A DNA stretch of 64,000 nucleotides from Rotaria socialis (GCA_905331295.1 CAJNYD010000069.1:124001-188000); one strand, 5' to 3'; counted from the stretch's first letter, positions 12,194 through 27,713 are shown. Notes: generated by a model from the sequence alone, not told the origin. Translations and numbers: made by a program.

Positions 12194-14049
12194 ATGGTGC
12201 AAACAAGTCCTAGCCCATTTGATGTAAGCTTTGATTTTCTTCGTTTTTGCTTTACTGGAAAGCTTATTCATTTATAGGTGGGTCGTGCATTCGTTCATCA
12301 ATACTATACACTATTACATCAAGCTCCTGAATTACTTCATCGGTATATTTCATTTTTTCATTATTAACAATGCTGTTCATTTTTTTCTTATTCACTAAAG
12401 ATTTTATTCAACGGATAGTACATTTATTCATGGTGGTGTCGATCGTCCAGGTTCTATTGAACGCACGGCTACTGGTCCGGAGGCTATTGCTCGACGAATT
12501 AATGAACTCAATCTACGAGATTGTCATGCAAAAATTCGTCAAGTTGATTCACATCCAACTATTGGCAATGGTGTTGTCGTTCAAGTTACTGGGGAACTGT
12601 CTAATAATGGTGATGCAATGCGTCGTTTCATGCAAACATTCGTATTGGCACCACGACAACCAAAAAAATTCTACGTACAAAATGATATATTTCGATATCA
12701 AGATGAAGTTTTTGAGGATGTTTCTGATGAAGATGATCGTTCAAGTTCACAAAATTATGGTGATACGGTAAGCAGAAGAGAGAGAGAAAACTATGAAATT
12801 CTTCACATTCAGAAAATAAATCCTTTTTTTAAATTTAGGATAAGGTTTCCAATGCCGATTCATCAGCTGCAAATATCCAACAACCATTATTCGTTGCAGC
12901 TAGCACACGAGATGTACCAGAAGAAGTACCACCATCACTACCAGTAGTAGTACAACAACATCAACCTTTGCCACCTCGTGTTGCTAACAATCAACCACAG
13001 GTTATTGCAAATCAAATAGTTCAACAACAAGAAACATCATTGTAAATTTAAAAGAAAAAATCAACATGATAAAAAAATAAAAGAGAAATATGATTTTTAT
13101 TCTAGAAATAGTACTAATGAAACAACAGGATATAATCGACAGCAAGAAATTGTTCAAGAAAATCAACAACAAACGAAACCAGTATCAACCGAAGGAGGTA
13201 AATATCAATCAGAAAAATTTGAAAATTACAACCAAACAAAATTTTTTTCTAGCCTCCTATGCTGGTGTAGCTAAGTTGAATGCACCAACAGGTTCAACAT
13301 TGATTGTAAGTTCAACTGGTTCGCTTTCCATGCCAGCACCACAAGCAACAAGTGTCAATCGTTCAGCTGCTGTTAAATCAGCTCCAGCTCGAGCAAATAA
13401 TCAACAACGTGGTAATGGTAATTATTATTCACAAAATAATCGTAGTAATCAATGGAATACAAACAATCAACAAGATCCAAGTCCAGGTCGTCGTCCAGGG
13501 GGTAATATGACCAATGTTCCTAACGAATTACAAGTCTTCGTTGGATCATTACCTGCCGACTTTTCACGCGAAGATTTAATTCATTGTTTTTCACAATTTG
13601 GTAACGTTTCCGATGCTAAAATTCAAACACCAATGCACGATAAGAAAAAGGCTTGTTGAATTTTGATAGAAAAATTATTATTTTAAAATCTTTTGTTTTT
13701 AATCGTGTAGAGTAGTTTTGGCTTTGTTAGTTTTGACGATCCAGAGATTGTCACACACGTTGTTGATTTACAACATGTTACGTATAATAATATTCGTTTA
13801 AATGTCGAACCCAAAACACAAAAAAGTTATCAAGGAAATGCTAACAATGGACCACAAGGTAATCCAAGAAATAATAATTTTTCAGGACGAGGCGGTAATC
13901 GTGGTGGAAATCGTGGAGGATATCGTGGTAATGCCAACAATCCACGACGTGGTGGTGGTAGTGGTCAACATCCTATTAACTCACCATCAATGACAGGACA
14001 CGATGAGAACGTTAAAGCTCCAAAACAACAACAACAACAGCAGCAGTAA
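12194..14049 (+). CDS. G3BP1: G3BP/Rasputin stress-granule protein (NTF2-like + RRM + RGG), multi-exon
   Basis: VGRAFVHQYYTLLHQAPELLHRFY, MRRFMQTFVLAP...KFYVQNDIFRYQDEVF, RRM QVFVGSLP...FGFVSFDD, C-terminal RGG repeats. Confidence 0.95.
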
Positions 14050-15406
14050 TCAAATGACGACTAGCGGATGATTTTTTTATCTATGTTTTATGCGACTTTA
14101 AACTTTGATTCGAGCAGTTGCAACGATGAATAAATGTTTGTTTGTTTTTTTTTCGCTTGCTTTTTTCTTTATTGTTTTTTACGAATTTGATATTATATGA
14201 TGCGAGAACACCGTATGAAAATCAAACACAATTATTGTCTTTCAAAAATCATCCACTGCTTCGGTTTTTTTTTCTTTACTTGTTTGTTTGTTTGTTTGTT
14301 TGTCTTCTTTACTGAAAGTGCTGTCAGTTTCTTTATTCGTTTTTTTTGTACACATTAAAACATAAGCACCAGGACGATACGATAAGACAAACCAAAGAGA
14401 ACGATCTACAGATAAGTGTGAATAAAATCATGAATGTTAAGAAGCATTTAAGTATATGATACTTCATTTGTTTGATCATCAATGATTTCGTAGTGCTAAT
14501 AGATTTCTCAAGAAAATCATATTGACCTTCTTACTTTCTCGCTCTTTGCTATCAGAACGATTGCTTTCTCATTGTATTACACTGTGCATAGCTGTCAAGA
14601 GAACAGAGTCAGACGTAATTAGTTTGTATTCAAGTTTAATTAAATTCTAGTTGGTCTTAGCAAACTATTGATTTCAAAGAAAAGGCACGTAACTGCTGTT
14701 TTTTTATCCTAATTCAAAAGATATGCGTGACGTTCACAAACAGAAAATGACTGAAAAATAACTTCAGTACGAAGATTATTCGAGAACATAATTATAAAAT
14801 TCATATCTCCCACAAAATTCAATGAAGAAAAGAATTCCTTGGAGACTATATGATCATTCATTCAACTTTACGAGTCCGTTAAACATGAGTTCAAAGCATC
14901 ATGATGGCTTGAGCATTTTATTGAGCATTAGTGGTGTACCATGGGCACTATATCACATATTGTACAAACCAATAAAAAGGAAAAAGCAAAATTATCATTG
15001 AATGATAAAATATTCAATTTGACACATCATCCGGAGGGATATGTTATTGTTGTGAATTCAATGAAAATAATAAAAAGAAAATCTCAAAAGAAAAACTTCA
15101 TCAAACTTGTTTATTCTGTTTGTCGAATAGAAGTACGAAAAACAAAAATGATGATACTATTGAAAGAGAGAAACAGGTACAAGAACAGATCTACTGTTGA
15201 ATTCCGCATAAATGAATTATTGTTAAAGTTTACCGAACATCATCTAGTGCACTGAGATTCTACAAACGAAATCGTCATTATCTTAGAATAGAGTATCTTT
15301 TGTAAAAATCTGACATTCAACGATGTTGCAAAAATAATGAAATAAAAACAAAATAGATTTACTATTTTATCTAAAAACACCGAATAAATAAAGATAAATT
15401 TTTATT

Positions 15407-15437
15407 TATATGTATATATATATATATATTTCAATAC

Positions 15438-15468
<31 letters not shown>

Positions 15469-15486
15469 GTTGAATGTGTGTGTGTG
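15407..15486. repeat. (TA)n/(TG)n microsatellite
   Basis: Visible TA and TG runs downstream of RAB14. Confidence 0.85.
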
Positions 15487-15736
15487 CTCTATGAATTTTA
15501 TGATAACAATATAGTATATGCTTTGTTTCTGGAAATGACAATGACGACGTGAAGACAAACGATTATGAATGAAACGAAATAGTAAAGCACACACACACAA
15601 ACAATGTACAGGCAAAGAAAAGAAGAATAATGGCAATTACAATGTAAAAAAAAACGAAGAAGAAATTTGAATCGATTTGAGAGCGAGAATAAGTACATCA
15701 TCTCTTGAATGATCTTTTTCTCTATCGATATTATTA

Positions 15737-15789
<53 letters not shown>
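15737..15789. repeat. (AAT)n microsatellite
   Basis: About 17 AAT units just 3' of the RAB14 stop. Confidence 0.95.
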
Positions 15790-15790
<1 letters not shown>

Positions 15791-15801
15791 GAAATATCTT
15801 T

Positions 15802-16689
<888 letters not shown>

Positions 16690-17989
16690 CTATGTGTTTT
16701 TAATAACAAAAAAATGCCAAAAAAAAAATAAAACAAAAGACAAAACTAAATCTACCAAAAGAATGAGAAAAAAAAATGAAGGAGTAAAGAGATAAGCAAT
16801 TCATTTTGTCCAGCGATATTCCCGTCACTCTTCTACATCTATCAGTCATTGGACATAAATACATGCCACTACAATGACGATCGTGATCAGCTGATAGTAG
16901 AGATATATTCTGACATCTATGAAATAATGATTTGTTAGCGAGAAAACCGGATGTAATTTATACTATAAAACAGCAAAATGCTCTTATATTGATGTATTTT
17001 TATGTAAATGAAACGTTGTTTTTGTATTGTTATCGTTGATATTCGAGTGTATTATAATACTGACGAAGCATGCAGAGTCCAAAACTTCTTATCATCGTTA
17101 GTTCTTCATGTGTTTTTATCGATGATACTTTTATATGCTTTCATTTTTTTTTTTACAAACGATGCGTTTTTAGCAAAACATCGACCAACACCGTTCTTTT
17201 CACTTTTCTCTTAAATATTATTGACTTGAACTTGACGTTTATTTTATTGATCGACATCGATTTTGAACTCATTCACCCTAAAAAAAAGACAATATCAATA
17301 TTGTCAGTCATGAATCGAATAAAATATTCCATTCTGTCTTAACCTACTAGACAAAACAATAAGACAGCTGTCGATTGTTGTTGAAGTGGAAGAGACAATT
17401 ATTTATTGATGTAGAGATAAATATTCAAAGAGCTGATGGCTCTTGCAACATGTAGATTGTTGAAAGTTTGCAAACAGCCAATGAAATCAAAGTCGGTTCC
17501 AGTTTAGAGAAATAAATAAAAAGAAACAGACCGAAAGAAGCTCGTTCGAAGAGAAAAATAAAATGAAAAAGGTATTTATTTTTGCTAATTGAATAAAAGC
17601 AAAGTCAATCGATATATCAACAAGATACGATTCATCAGACATGCTATTCCTATAGTCAATTTCCTTATTAACCGATTTGTATCCATGTACCGCACACGAT
17701 TTGTATATATCCAATCGTCATTGAGCGCCCTCTTTCGTTTTGCATTCGTTCTGAATTAAAGGCACAGTGCATTATAATGCAATGGCGATCTTGGTATAAT
17801 TACGTCAAACTGTACTTATATATATATGTTTTCTTCGAGACTATTTCATCACCCTGAACAGATTTGCTGATGCAAAGATTCCATCGAATCCATAGGCATA
17901 TAAGTGAATTTCATCATTAGAATTTTTTGTTTTCAGATCTTTGATCTAAACGGCAATTCAAAAGAATCTAACATCAAAATAATATAATC

Positions 17990-19887
17990 ATGCTTGCATA
18001 TGAAACGAGTGGCCAACCTCACTTGGCAAAACAATCCATAGCTGACATGGTTTATAATATTAATAGAAGGATTCTTTTTTTTCTAATAGATTTTTCTTCT
18101 GTAGAACATAAGTCAGCTGACACCATTGACACCTGAAGTTATTAGTCGACAAGCTACAATTAATATTGGTACGATTGGTCATGTAGCACATGGTAAATCG
18201 ACCGTTGTGAAATCATTATCTGGTGTATTAACGGTTCGATTCAAAAATGAAAAAGAACGTAATATTACAATTAAACTAGGTTATGCTAATGCTAAGGTAA
18301 ATATAAAAACGAAAATATCAGTGTTTTTGTTTAATAAATTTTTCAATTGTTCAAAAAAATAGATATTTGAATGTGACAATGAAAAATGTCCACGACCAGA
18401 TCGTTTCCGTTCTGCTGGTTCAAGTAAAGAAGATGTATTTCCATGTGATCGAACAGGGTGTGGTGGTCAATTTCGTCTTATTCGACATGTATCCTTTGTT
18501 GATTGTCCTGGTCACGATATTCTGATGGCAACTATGTTGAACGGTGCCGCTGTTATGGATGCTGCTCTTCTACTGATTGGTAAGTAAAGTTTCTGGTTCT
18601 CTGCACATTTACGTCTCTTATTCGTATAGATCAAACAGATTACATATTTGTATATGCAATATTTTCTTTTAGCTGCAAATGAAACTTGTCCACAACCACA
18701 AACATCTGAACATTTAGCAGCTATTGGTATAATGAAATTAAACTCAATATTGGTATTACAAAATAAAATTGATCTTGTTAAAGAAGTTCAAGCAAAAGAA
18801 CAATATCAACAAATTATTGATTTTGTAAAAGGTTTCAATTAACATCTTCCCCTCTAGTTTAGTTTGTTAGAAAAGAAAACGTTTTCATTATTTAGGCACA
18901 AATGCCGAAGGTGCCCCAATTATTCCGATTAGTGCACAACTTAAATACAATATTGAAGTTATTTGCGAATATATCTCAAGAAAAATTCCTGTACCGATAC
19001 GAGATTTTACATCAAAACCAAGATTAATTGGTAAGGAAAACTTCAGAAAGTTGAAAGAGATCTTTTTATCATTTTAATTTTGCTTAGTTATTCGATCGTT
19101 TGATGTTAATAAGCCCGGTGCTGAAGTTGATGAGTTAAAAGGCGGAGTAGCTGGTGGCAGTATATTGAAAGGTGTACTGAAAGTATGCAAAATTTATTTT
19201 TCACGAAATGCAAATCAGTTTCGATAACAAAACAAAAACTCATCTATTTCAGATTGGCCAAGAAATTGAAGTTCGACCGGGTATTGTATCAAAAGATAAT
19301 GAAGGTCGTCTTCAATGTCGTCCACTTCTTTCAAAAATTGTTTCACTCTATGCTGAACTTAACGATCTTGCTTATGCTGTACCTGGCGGACTTATCGGTG
19401 TAGGAACAAAAATCGATCCAACCTTATGTCGTGCTGATCGTCTTGTTGGTCAAGTACTTGGTGAAGTTGGAGCATTACCAGAAATTTATACTGAAATTCA
19501 AATAACTTATTTTCTTCTTCGACGTCTTGTTGGGGTTCGCACTGAAGGTGATAAAAAAGGAGCTAAGGTCGGTTTAAAAAAACATTCTTCGCCGAGTTAA
19601 TACTCGATTTAATTGTTGTTTTTCAGGTTGCTAAATTAACAAAAAACGAAATGTTAATGGTTAATATTGGATCTTTGAGTACCGGTGGACGAGTCTTAGC
19701 AATAAAAGATGATTTGGCTAAAATTCAATTGACAAATCCAGTCTGTACTGAAGTATCTGAAAAGATTGCTTTAAGTCGTCGTGTTGATAAAAATTTTCGT
19801 TTAATTGGTTGGGGTGAAATACGACGAGGAACAGTGATTAAACCGCAAGTCGAAATACCAACAACAAGAACGATTACTAGCAATTAA
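17990..19887 (+). CDS. EIF2S3: Translation initiation factor eIF2 gamma, multi-exon
   Basis: [73 protein letters not shown]. Confidence 0.98.
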
Positions 19888-20636
19888 ATAAAACGTTCAT
19901 TATTGTTATTCATCATTTAAATGCTTGTAGGCAATGGAGTATATAACGTTACGATTTTTTTTAAAGAAAGAAAAAAACAAAATGGAGAGCTATCGCTCGA
20001 TAACATCATTCATTAAACAACAGTTTTTCTTTAAGTTACATATTATGTCTCAATTTTTGAAGAGCAATAAAAGGACATCAGAAGTTAAATGTTAAGCAAC
20101 AAACTATAGCACAGATCTACTGTCATTGTTCTTTGAATTGATGAACTTTTATTGTTACGAATGGGACCGATTCTTTTTTTTAGTTTATCGAGCTTAGGAC
20201 TACTTCAAGGGAATTGTTAGTTGTTTAGAAAAATTCTTTTCATGTTGTACCGATCGTTCCTGCTATGAATAGGACGTGGCTGCGTTGTATAACTAGATAA
20301 AATGACTATCTAATCGATATCGACCTTCAGACTGCACGTGGAAGAACAAACGGAATTATAAGGCGCTCTTGGAGTAGCATTGTATTTGCTTTAGATATTA
20401 CAAGCGAAATTAAAAACTAAACGAAACATTCATAAATATGCGTCATAATTTTTTAATTGTAGAGAACGAAATAAAGAGCAGAACGTTGTCTCCTTTCACT
20501 GATACGCATCCTCTTGTGTGTATCGAAAGGTCCGAATTGATATTCGATAGAATCCTATTTGGATTAGATTTATTAAATTGCAAAGAGAGGAAACGTAAAA
20601 AAAGATAAACATAAAAAATAAATGAACTTTTCGACT

Positions 20637-23600
20637 TTAAGAAGTCAAGTCTTTATAACAGTGATCACAAACCCTTTGTGGTTTCTTTGATGATGCTGCA
20701 ACAATAGCGGTTTTAGATGAACAGCTATCACAAAATATATTTCCACAATTTCGACAATGATGTTTGCGTTGTGTAACTGAAAATGTTTCATTACATTTCA
20801 TACATAAATCGACATCATCATCATTTAACCATCGACGCTGTGTTATTTTATTTTTTTGAATCTAAATTAAATTTAACAAAAAAATTCAACTAAAGAAAAG
20901 TTCAATTGCTTACTTGAAGAACTTGATATTCTCGTGCTATTTCTTGTAGAGCTGCGTCCAACTCCGTATTCTTCTTTGTTAATTGACCATTTTCAAATAT
21001 AAGTTTATCATTTTTACTTTCACTCGCTAATGATCTTTCTAATAGAGAACGACGTTCATCCTGACTGATCGATAAACGTGCTTCAATATCTATTATTATA
21101 CATAGAACGCCGAAGATAATACTATATAACAACTGTATTTTTAAATAAACAAACCAGCTTTATCTGATTTAATTTGTTCAAAATTTGATAATTTTTCATT
21201 TGCAATTCTAATTTCACTTCTTAAAGTAGCTAAATTTTCTGTTAAAGCCGTTAATTGCATTTCATGTTTTTTAGCTCGTAATGCAAGTTCTGATTCCAAT
21301 GAACTCTTAATAATAATACAAAAGAAAATTCATATCTTGACTAGAGAATTGTTTCATGTTATTTACAATTTGTTTTTCATATTTTTCTCGTTGAAGATCA
21401 ACAGTTTGAGTAGCGGCAGACAATGATTCAGAAACCTAAAAACGTTGTTGATGGAAAACGAAAAAGAAAATGCTATTAGCTGCATTCTTAAAATTACGAT
21501 CATAGGTATAAATCTTTAATTTGGAACTGAAGTTTATCTCGTACCTGGAGTAAATTACGACTAACTTCGTTTAATTGCATTTCATATTTTTGTTTTTGAT
21601 CTTGATGTTCTTTTAGTAATTGATCATATTGATGTTTGATTTTATTTAATTGTTCTTCTGTTTGGATAAATGTTGAATTTTCTTTTTCAAATTTTTTCTC
21701 AAATTTAGCCTAGTCAAAAAAGAAACAAAGGAAAATAAGCTTATGTATAAGTAACAAATTGAATAAATACTTTATTATCAGCAACTATTGTATGAACAAT
21801 ACTTAAATAGCTAGTGAATTCCTCACGAATTTGTTCTAGCGTTTGTGTGCGAATTGATTGAGACTCGTGTTCAGCCTAAAAAGAATTAAATTATCGTTTT
21901 CCATGATTTTATTTATTTAAAGTTGCATCTTGTGTACTAATTGAAATTACAAATAATTTCGCTCGCCGTTTCTCGTAGAATTACCTGTTCAATAGCAGCT
22001 ACTAGATTCATTTGACTAGCGTGAATATTTTGTTGAAGATATTGATGAGCTTTATTAGCAACATTAATACCACGATGAACACCTATCGACAATCGCTTAA
22101 TGGAAACATCCTAAAAATTAAAATTTTAGCGTCAAAATGAAAGCTGTTGTCTTCTCGAATACTTTTTCATCTAATTTCACATTTAACTGAGAAATTCTCG
22201 TTTGTAATTCCTCCGTAATTTTCTCTTTTTCTTTTTTCACTATGTTTAATTGTTTTTTAATTTCATTAGCTGTTACTTCATGTTGATCAATCGTTTGTTT
22301 TAATTCATTTTTCTCGTGTTCTAAGCGATTCATTTGTTTTGTTAAATCATTTTTGATTTGTTCTTTTTCTCGTTTCTAAAAATTCGAAGCTTTCTAAAAA
22401 CTAACTCAATTTATTCTTTACTTGATTATCATTATGTTCGTTTGCTTTTTGAAGATTTCGTTCAATAGTTTTATTCTGTTCGCGAAGAGTTGATAATTCG
22501 CGTTTTATTTCATTCATTTGTGTTTCCTAAAAAGACATCAAACAAACTTTTTAACTCATTTGACCCCAAAGGAATTCATCATAGCTATGTTGTGAGGACA
22601 GGTGACCCATAGGAAAAGGAAGTTAAGCTTTAAAACGGCTACTCATTCCTGTTTCTGTCGCGCTGAAAATGTTCATACATTATCTTTATTATTATCTTGT
22701 AATTGCTTCTTGAGTGAATCGATTGCATCGTTCAATTTTAATTTATCATTTTGTAATTGATTCTAGAGAAAAGAATATAAACTTAGTTTATTAAAATCAT
22801 AATACCTTTTCGTTTGTTATTTGAGTATACTGATTTGAAATCTGATCGAATTCGTTTTGAATTTGTTGTCGTTCATTGGAAATTTCTTTTATTTTTATTC
22901 GAAGATCTTTTGTTTGTTGCTCATATTGGTCCTTGAAGATAGGAAATTAATTTAATTGCGAATAAGAATAGAAAACTGATTGCTACTTTTTCTTCTGTTA
23001 TGTGTCGAACAAGACTTTGTCGTTCATCATTTTCATCACCATCCATTTTGTTTTGAATAAATTGATTTTTCGCATTTTTGAGTTCATTCAATGTTTTTTC
23101 CAATTCATGAATTTCATTAGTTAATGATTCAATTCGATTTCGGTAAGAATTGGTTTGCTTTTGTTCGAGTTGTAAAGCATTGATTAATTTTTCGTTCGAT
23201 TGATTCTTTAGAAAAAGAAAAGAAAAACTTATCCATGCTAGAAAATACTGAATAAATCTACAGACTTTTTGTTCAAGATTATTGTTTAATTCAATGTTCA
23301 CTTGTTTCAAATGTTCGATTTCAGTTCGATTCTAGATGAAAGTGATTCGTGATAGACATCAAAGTTTCTATTAAATCAATGTTTGTAACTCGATAGTTTG
23401 CTCATTGAATATAAGACATGAACTGCTATTGATAAATGCTGGCAATAACTGAAACCTAGTTTCTGTACATCTGTAAAGCTGACATAATATTAAGTTCGTT
23501 TACTTATTTAACGAAATTTCACTTATTAAGATAATACACATAGTGACATAATATGCAAGGCACGAATAATTTACAAAAACAAAATATCGACACTGAGTTG

Positions 23601-25372
23601 GTAGTTTTTTTGTCCTCGAAATGAACGAATTCAGCTAGAGACTGTTGCTGTGCTACTTACATCTTTTAGACTTGTACGCATATATTTTATTGCCATCTGA
23701 AATTTATCCTTATTCTCGCGTGTTAATCTAACAAATTCTTTTATTTCCTGAATTCCGCTTTGAATTTGAGACGTATTTTCACTGATGATCGCATCATAGA
23801 TTGATAGATTCTATAGAAGAAAATATCAAAATATGTTTTAATATAAAATCGAAAGTTAATTTACTTGATTGAATAAATTTTCGAATTGATCAAATTTTTC
23901 AGTATATTTATAGCTAAATATGAAAACAAATGAAAATTCGATTTCATTTTAAAATGTAACTAACTTTTCTTTAAGAGTAGAACGCAGTTGGCTTATTTCT
24001 TGTTCTTTTTCTAATGATATTTCATACATACGTTGCTGAACAACAATAAGTTCACGTTTAAGTACATCGACATCATCATTTGTCGATCTAAGATTCAGCA
24101 GAAAAATAATATTAAAAGAAGACCGGTGGGTATTTTTACAAAAAAAAGCTAACATGCAGGTGAGTATATCTACTGTGTGACAAAGAAGATCGAGAATACT
24201 ACTATACTTACAAACTGTACGAATGAAGTAAAAAAAAGAAAAAGATGAGAAGTTTATTGAATGAGAAAATCAATGGATGCTGGGATTTTTTACGGTAAAT
24301 AACTTACCTTGGAATAAGATCATCGCATAGAACGGTTACTTGATGATTTTTTTCTTTCAATTCAGCCTAAAAATCGGCAAGTTTTGTTTTTGTGTAAATG
24401 ATCGTGATACTTACTTTTGTATTCACAAGTTCGTCTGTAAAAGTAGCGAATTGTGCATCGTAGATATCTTTTGTAGCTTTTAAATTAACAATTTCTTGAG
24501 ACTAAAATAAAAGTATTACTCTTAGAATGAGAAACAAGAATTTTTCAAATTAATATTTACTTGATCTGCTAGTTTTATTTGTGCATTCTTAAAATGTTTT
24601 TGGAATAATTGAAGTTGTTCTTCAAGATCATTAGCATGTTGTTTTTGTTGCACTAATTCACTTGTCACTAGAAAATAGAATATAAAAGATCTGATGATTG
24701 TTGATATTGTATTTAGCAGATCATTCTAAGCAGAACAAAGGTTCTTAATGAACTTTTGCAGTAGGCATTCACTGCTGCTATCAGTCAGACTATGAAAACA
24801 AATGTTGCATTGGAATTTGATACTTTTACAATAGTCAAATGAATAGAACAATCCATCTGCAATTCAATTTTCTAGAAATACACTTACATAAAATTCGACT
24901 TTGTTCTGACACAGTGAATTGTTGCTTCCATAAAGCAGCATCTGCACTTAGTTTTACCTATCATAAATCATTGAATAAAATGTAATTTATCACCGGTTCC
25001 TTACTCCTTCTTCGATTACATTCTTCACACTAGTTGTATCGTGTTTATCAACAACAGGTTCTTCTGTATGAGTTTGTGTGTAATGTTGTGCTAGACTTGA
25101 TGAGTCATTGAATTTATTATGACAAATTGGACAAAGAAAACCCTTTAGAATGACAAGAAAAATAATAGGGAAATTATCAAACGAAGATCTAACCTCTTCA
25201 TCGAACGTGCTTGACGATGGTGAAGACTCGTGGTCGCTATTGTTTGTGTGTTGAGATCCACCCTACGAATAAAGAGAGAAAAAATGGCACAACACACACA
25301 CATAGAAACTATTAGATGAAATATTAATATGGATACCTTTCGGCTTTTTAATCGATTCAAAAGTCCTGACAT
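20637..25372 (-). CDS. EEA1: EEA1-like protein: N-terminal C2H2 finger, long coiled coil, C-terminal FYVE; many exons
   Basis: EGFLCPICHNKFNDSSSLAQHYTQTH near the start, heptad-rich exons, and FYVE RRWLNDDDVDLCMKC...RKHHCRNCGNIFCDSCS...RVCDHCYKDLTS*. Confidence 0.85.
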
Positions 25373-25782
25373 AATAGTTTGAAAGGTTTAATGCAATAAT
25401 AAAGCACCACGCGTTATCTGTCATTGATATAAAGATTCACCATCTATTTGTTATAACATAGAACCAGTTCACAAGAAGACGATCAACGAGGGCGCTAGTA
25501 ATCAAGAGTAAAAAGATGTTTCTTATCTGTTGTTTTTTACCTCTCGAGTTTGCTACTATCTCATTGTATCAATATCTGTTTTGTAAAAGATTGAATCATT
25601 TAAAAGTGAAATTCAATCTATTCATGGTCAATAATAGGTATTCTACCTGAATTTCCAAAGGCTACCGACTCGAAATATTTTCAGCGACTCAGGGTTTACT
25701 CATATGGTGACCCCATGAGTCTTCAAGTGTTCAGCTTTCTGTAGATTAATAAGAATACAACAATGACAATTCTTAAAATTAG

Positions 25783-25846
25783 CAGGGTGTGGGTGTGGGT
25801 GTCGGATGCGGTTGGACACAGGGTTAACACTCACACCCACACCCTG
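25783..25846. mobile_element. 64-bp mini-MITE
   Basis: Perfect 15-bp TIRs CAGGGTGTGGGTGTG / CACACCCACACCCTG; both flanking 8-mers begin AAAAT (degenerate TSD). Confidence 0.7.
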
Positions 25847-25849
25847 AAA

Positions 25850-26739
25850 ATCGAAATTAAAATTTTGACTGGGATTTTGTTGGACACAATTCTAATTTGA
25901 ATTTTGCCCGGGTAAATTTAAAATTTGACTGGAGTTGAATTTTGACCACAACATATACATACATTACAGTAAAAACATGGTTTTCTGTTAAAAAAAATTG
26001 ACTTCATTTTTTATTGCCACACCTGCATATGAGACGTTGTCCCGCCAATGACGACAGGGACTCCCCAGGGATTTCGTTATTTTGCAAGGACTCCCCAGGG
26101 GAGTCGTCGGGGGAGAGTGGATTAGGGCATCGCCTTCTCAATCACCTAAAAATTCATTTTTACAACCGAAGTCCAACTAAACCAACAATTGCAAAAATAT
26201 ACTCGAATAAAGAAAAATTCATATTAAGTATTAATGGTTATAATTTTCCAATTTTTAAATTTTAATCGAAAGAAAACTATAAATTTTGGAGATATACAAA
26301 CCGAAGTTGTAACGTAATTTTGCATACAAATTCTGATGATACATTTTTAAGATTTTCTGGAACAGTTACTGTTCATAACCTAATTTTTCAAATTAATAGC
26401 GGAATGAAACCTTGTGCAAAGCGACCCAAGTCAAAAATTGCAGAACAACGTATGAAAGAATTATATGAACGATTCGACAAGAAACAAATTGATCCACAAG
26501 AATTATTAAAAGAACTTTATCTTTTGTCGCAAATGGAAAATAAATTAGAATTTTATTCGTTTTTTTTGATTATATGACATGATTAATTTTATGAATAAGA
26601 GTAGTTCATGTTTTACAAAAAGCACATCTTGAAAATGAAAGACATTTTTTCGGTGGACAATATTTCTAGTCGTAAGGGACATTTTTTCAAGGACCAAAAT
26701 AACGGGGACATTTTTGAAAGAACATTTTAGACTGTTACC
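25850..26739 (+). mobile_element. Internally deleted Mutator-like (MULE) transposon remnant
   Basis: Degenerate FLYWCH-like segment (SNKEKFILSINGYNF...KFWRYTNRSCNVILHT...FSGTVTVHN) fused directly to a transposase-like C-terminus (QINSGMKPCAKRPKSKIAEQRMKELYERF). Repetitive subterminal blocks GGACATTTT at the right end and AATTTTGAC at the left. Confidence 0.6.
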
Positions 26740-27170
26740 TCTATGACTAACGTAAATGAAAAATAATTTATCGATGCTTACATCCAGGAATATCGATGAA
26801 TATAAACAGGCTGTATGACTAATTGTTGTCGAGGGCCTGATTGTTTGCGTTTTATTTTTGTATCCAGCATAATTTGTGATACAATGTGACATCAGATTTT
26901 TACGTCGATAGGAATCAAACTGAGAAGCTTCATACTTTTATTACTTTGACAAGAAGATCGTGTGAAAAAATGAGTCAACGTCCACTTTAATTGATTATGA
27001 AATGTTTTGATCAAAAATATGTTTTCAATTGAATGTAATGAGATTCTTGTCTGTACGTGTAATGGACAAGACTACATTATGATTCACCAAGTGACTAACA
27101 TCTTCATGAGTTTCGACATGCAGAGAAGTGTACACACCACGGGCTATATGATATCGCTTGAGAAATAAAA

Positions 27171-27713
27171 ACTAGATGGTATCCGAGTTACACTCGTATG
27201 CAAAATGCGATGCGAAGCAAAACTTTGGATCTTCACGAAAAATCTTTAGTTCAAAGAAATCTTGAATACTTTTTATGTAGTCATAATGATATTCATCACT
27301 CTGAAAAATCTATTTTTACTTAGTGATTCCTTCTTAAGGATCGATTTTGACTGATCGATTAATTATCTCCACGATTCATTATCTTAGATCAGCTGTAAAT
27401 GAATAGACTATATAGTGACTAACATAAGTTGATGACGCCACTTTAATTATATCGCAACAAATTTCTTTCATTTTTGTCATTTTAGAACCACATTTGTGAA
27501 TGAACAGAACTTCAGATTGAAGATTCGAAAACGCGTATAAGCAGTTCGATCTTGATACTTCTATCTTGCGCTTCAACGAGATTTGTATTATTTTCGGTTC
27601 TCGAGATCATCGAGTTACAAAACGACGAAAACGATGCTTACGACCAAGTAAAAAAGAAAAAAAAGTCTCACGACGGACTACAGAAATGCTTCTGGTTCGC
27701 ATCGCATTAAAAA
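27171..27713 (-). mobile_element. Non-autonomous Helentron/HINE-like element, copy 1
   Basis: Both ends match the reverse complement of the 31786-32332 element: subterminal IRs AATGCGATGCGAA / TTCGCATCGCATT, 3' hairpin CGAGTTACACTCG, CTAG end in a T-run. Confidence 0.7.

Noticed and set aside
22530..22680. Longer GC-richer EEA1 intron with ATGATGA (possible snoRNA C box)
   Set aside because: No properly spaced D box or terminal stem; a short internal direct repeat suggests a TE remnant.
23456..23470. Possible 15-nt poison microexon in an EEA1 intron (AG|ATGTACAGAAACTAG|GT)
   Set aside because: Such splice-like matches arise easily by chance; unsupported without RNA data.
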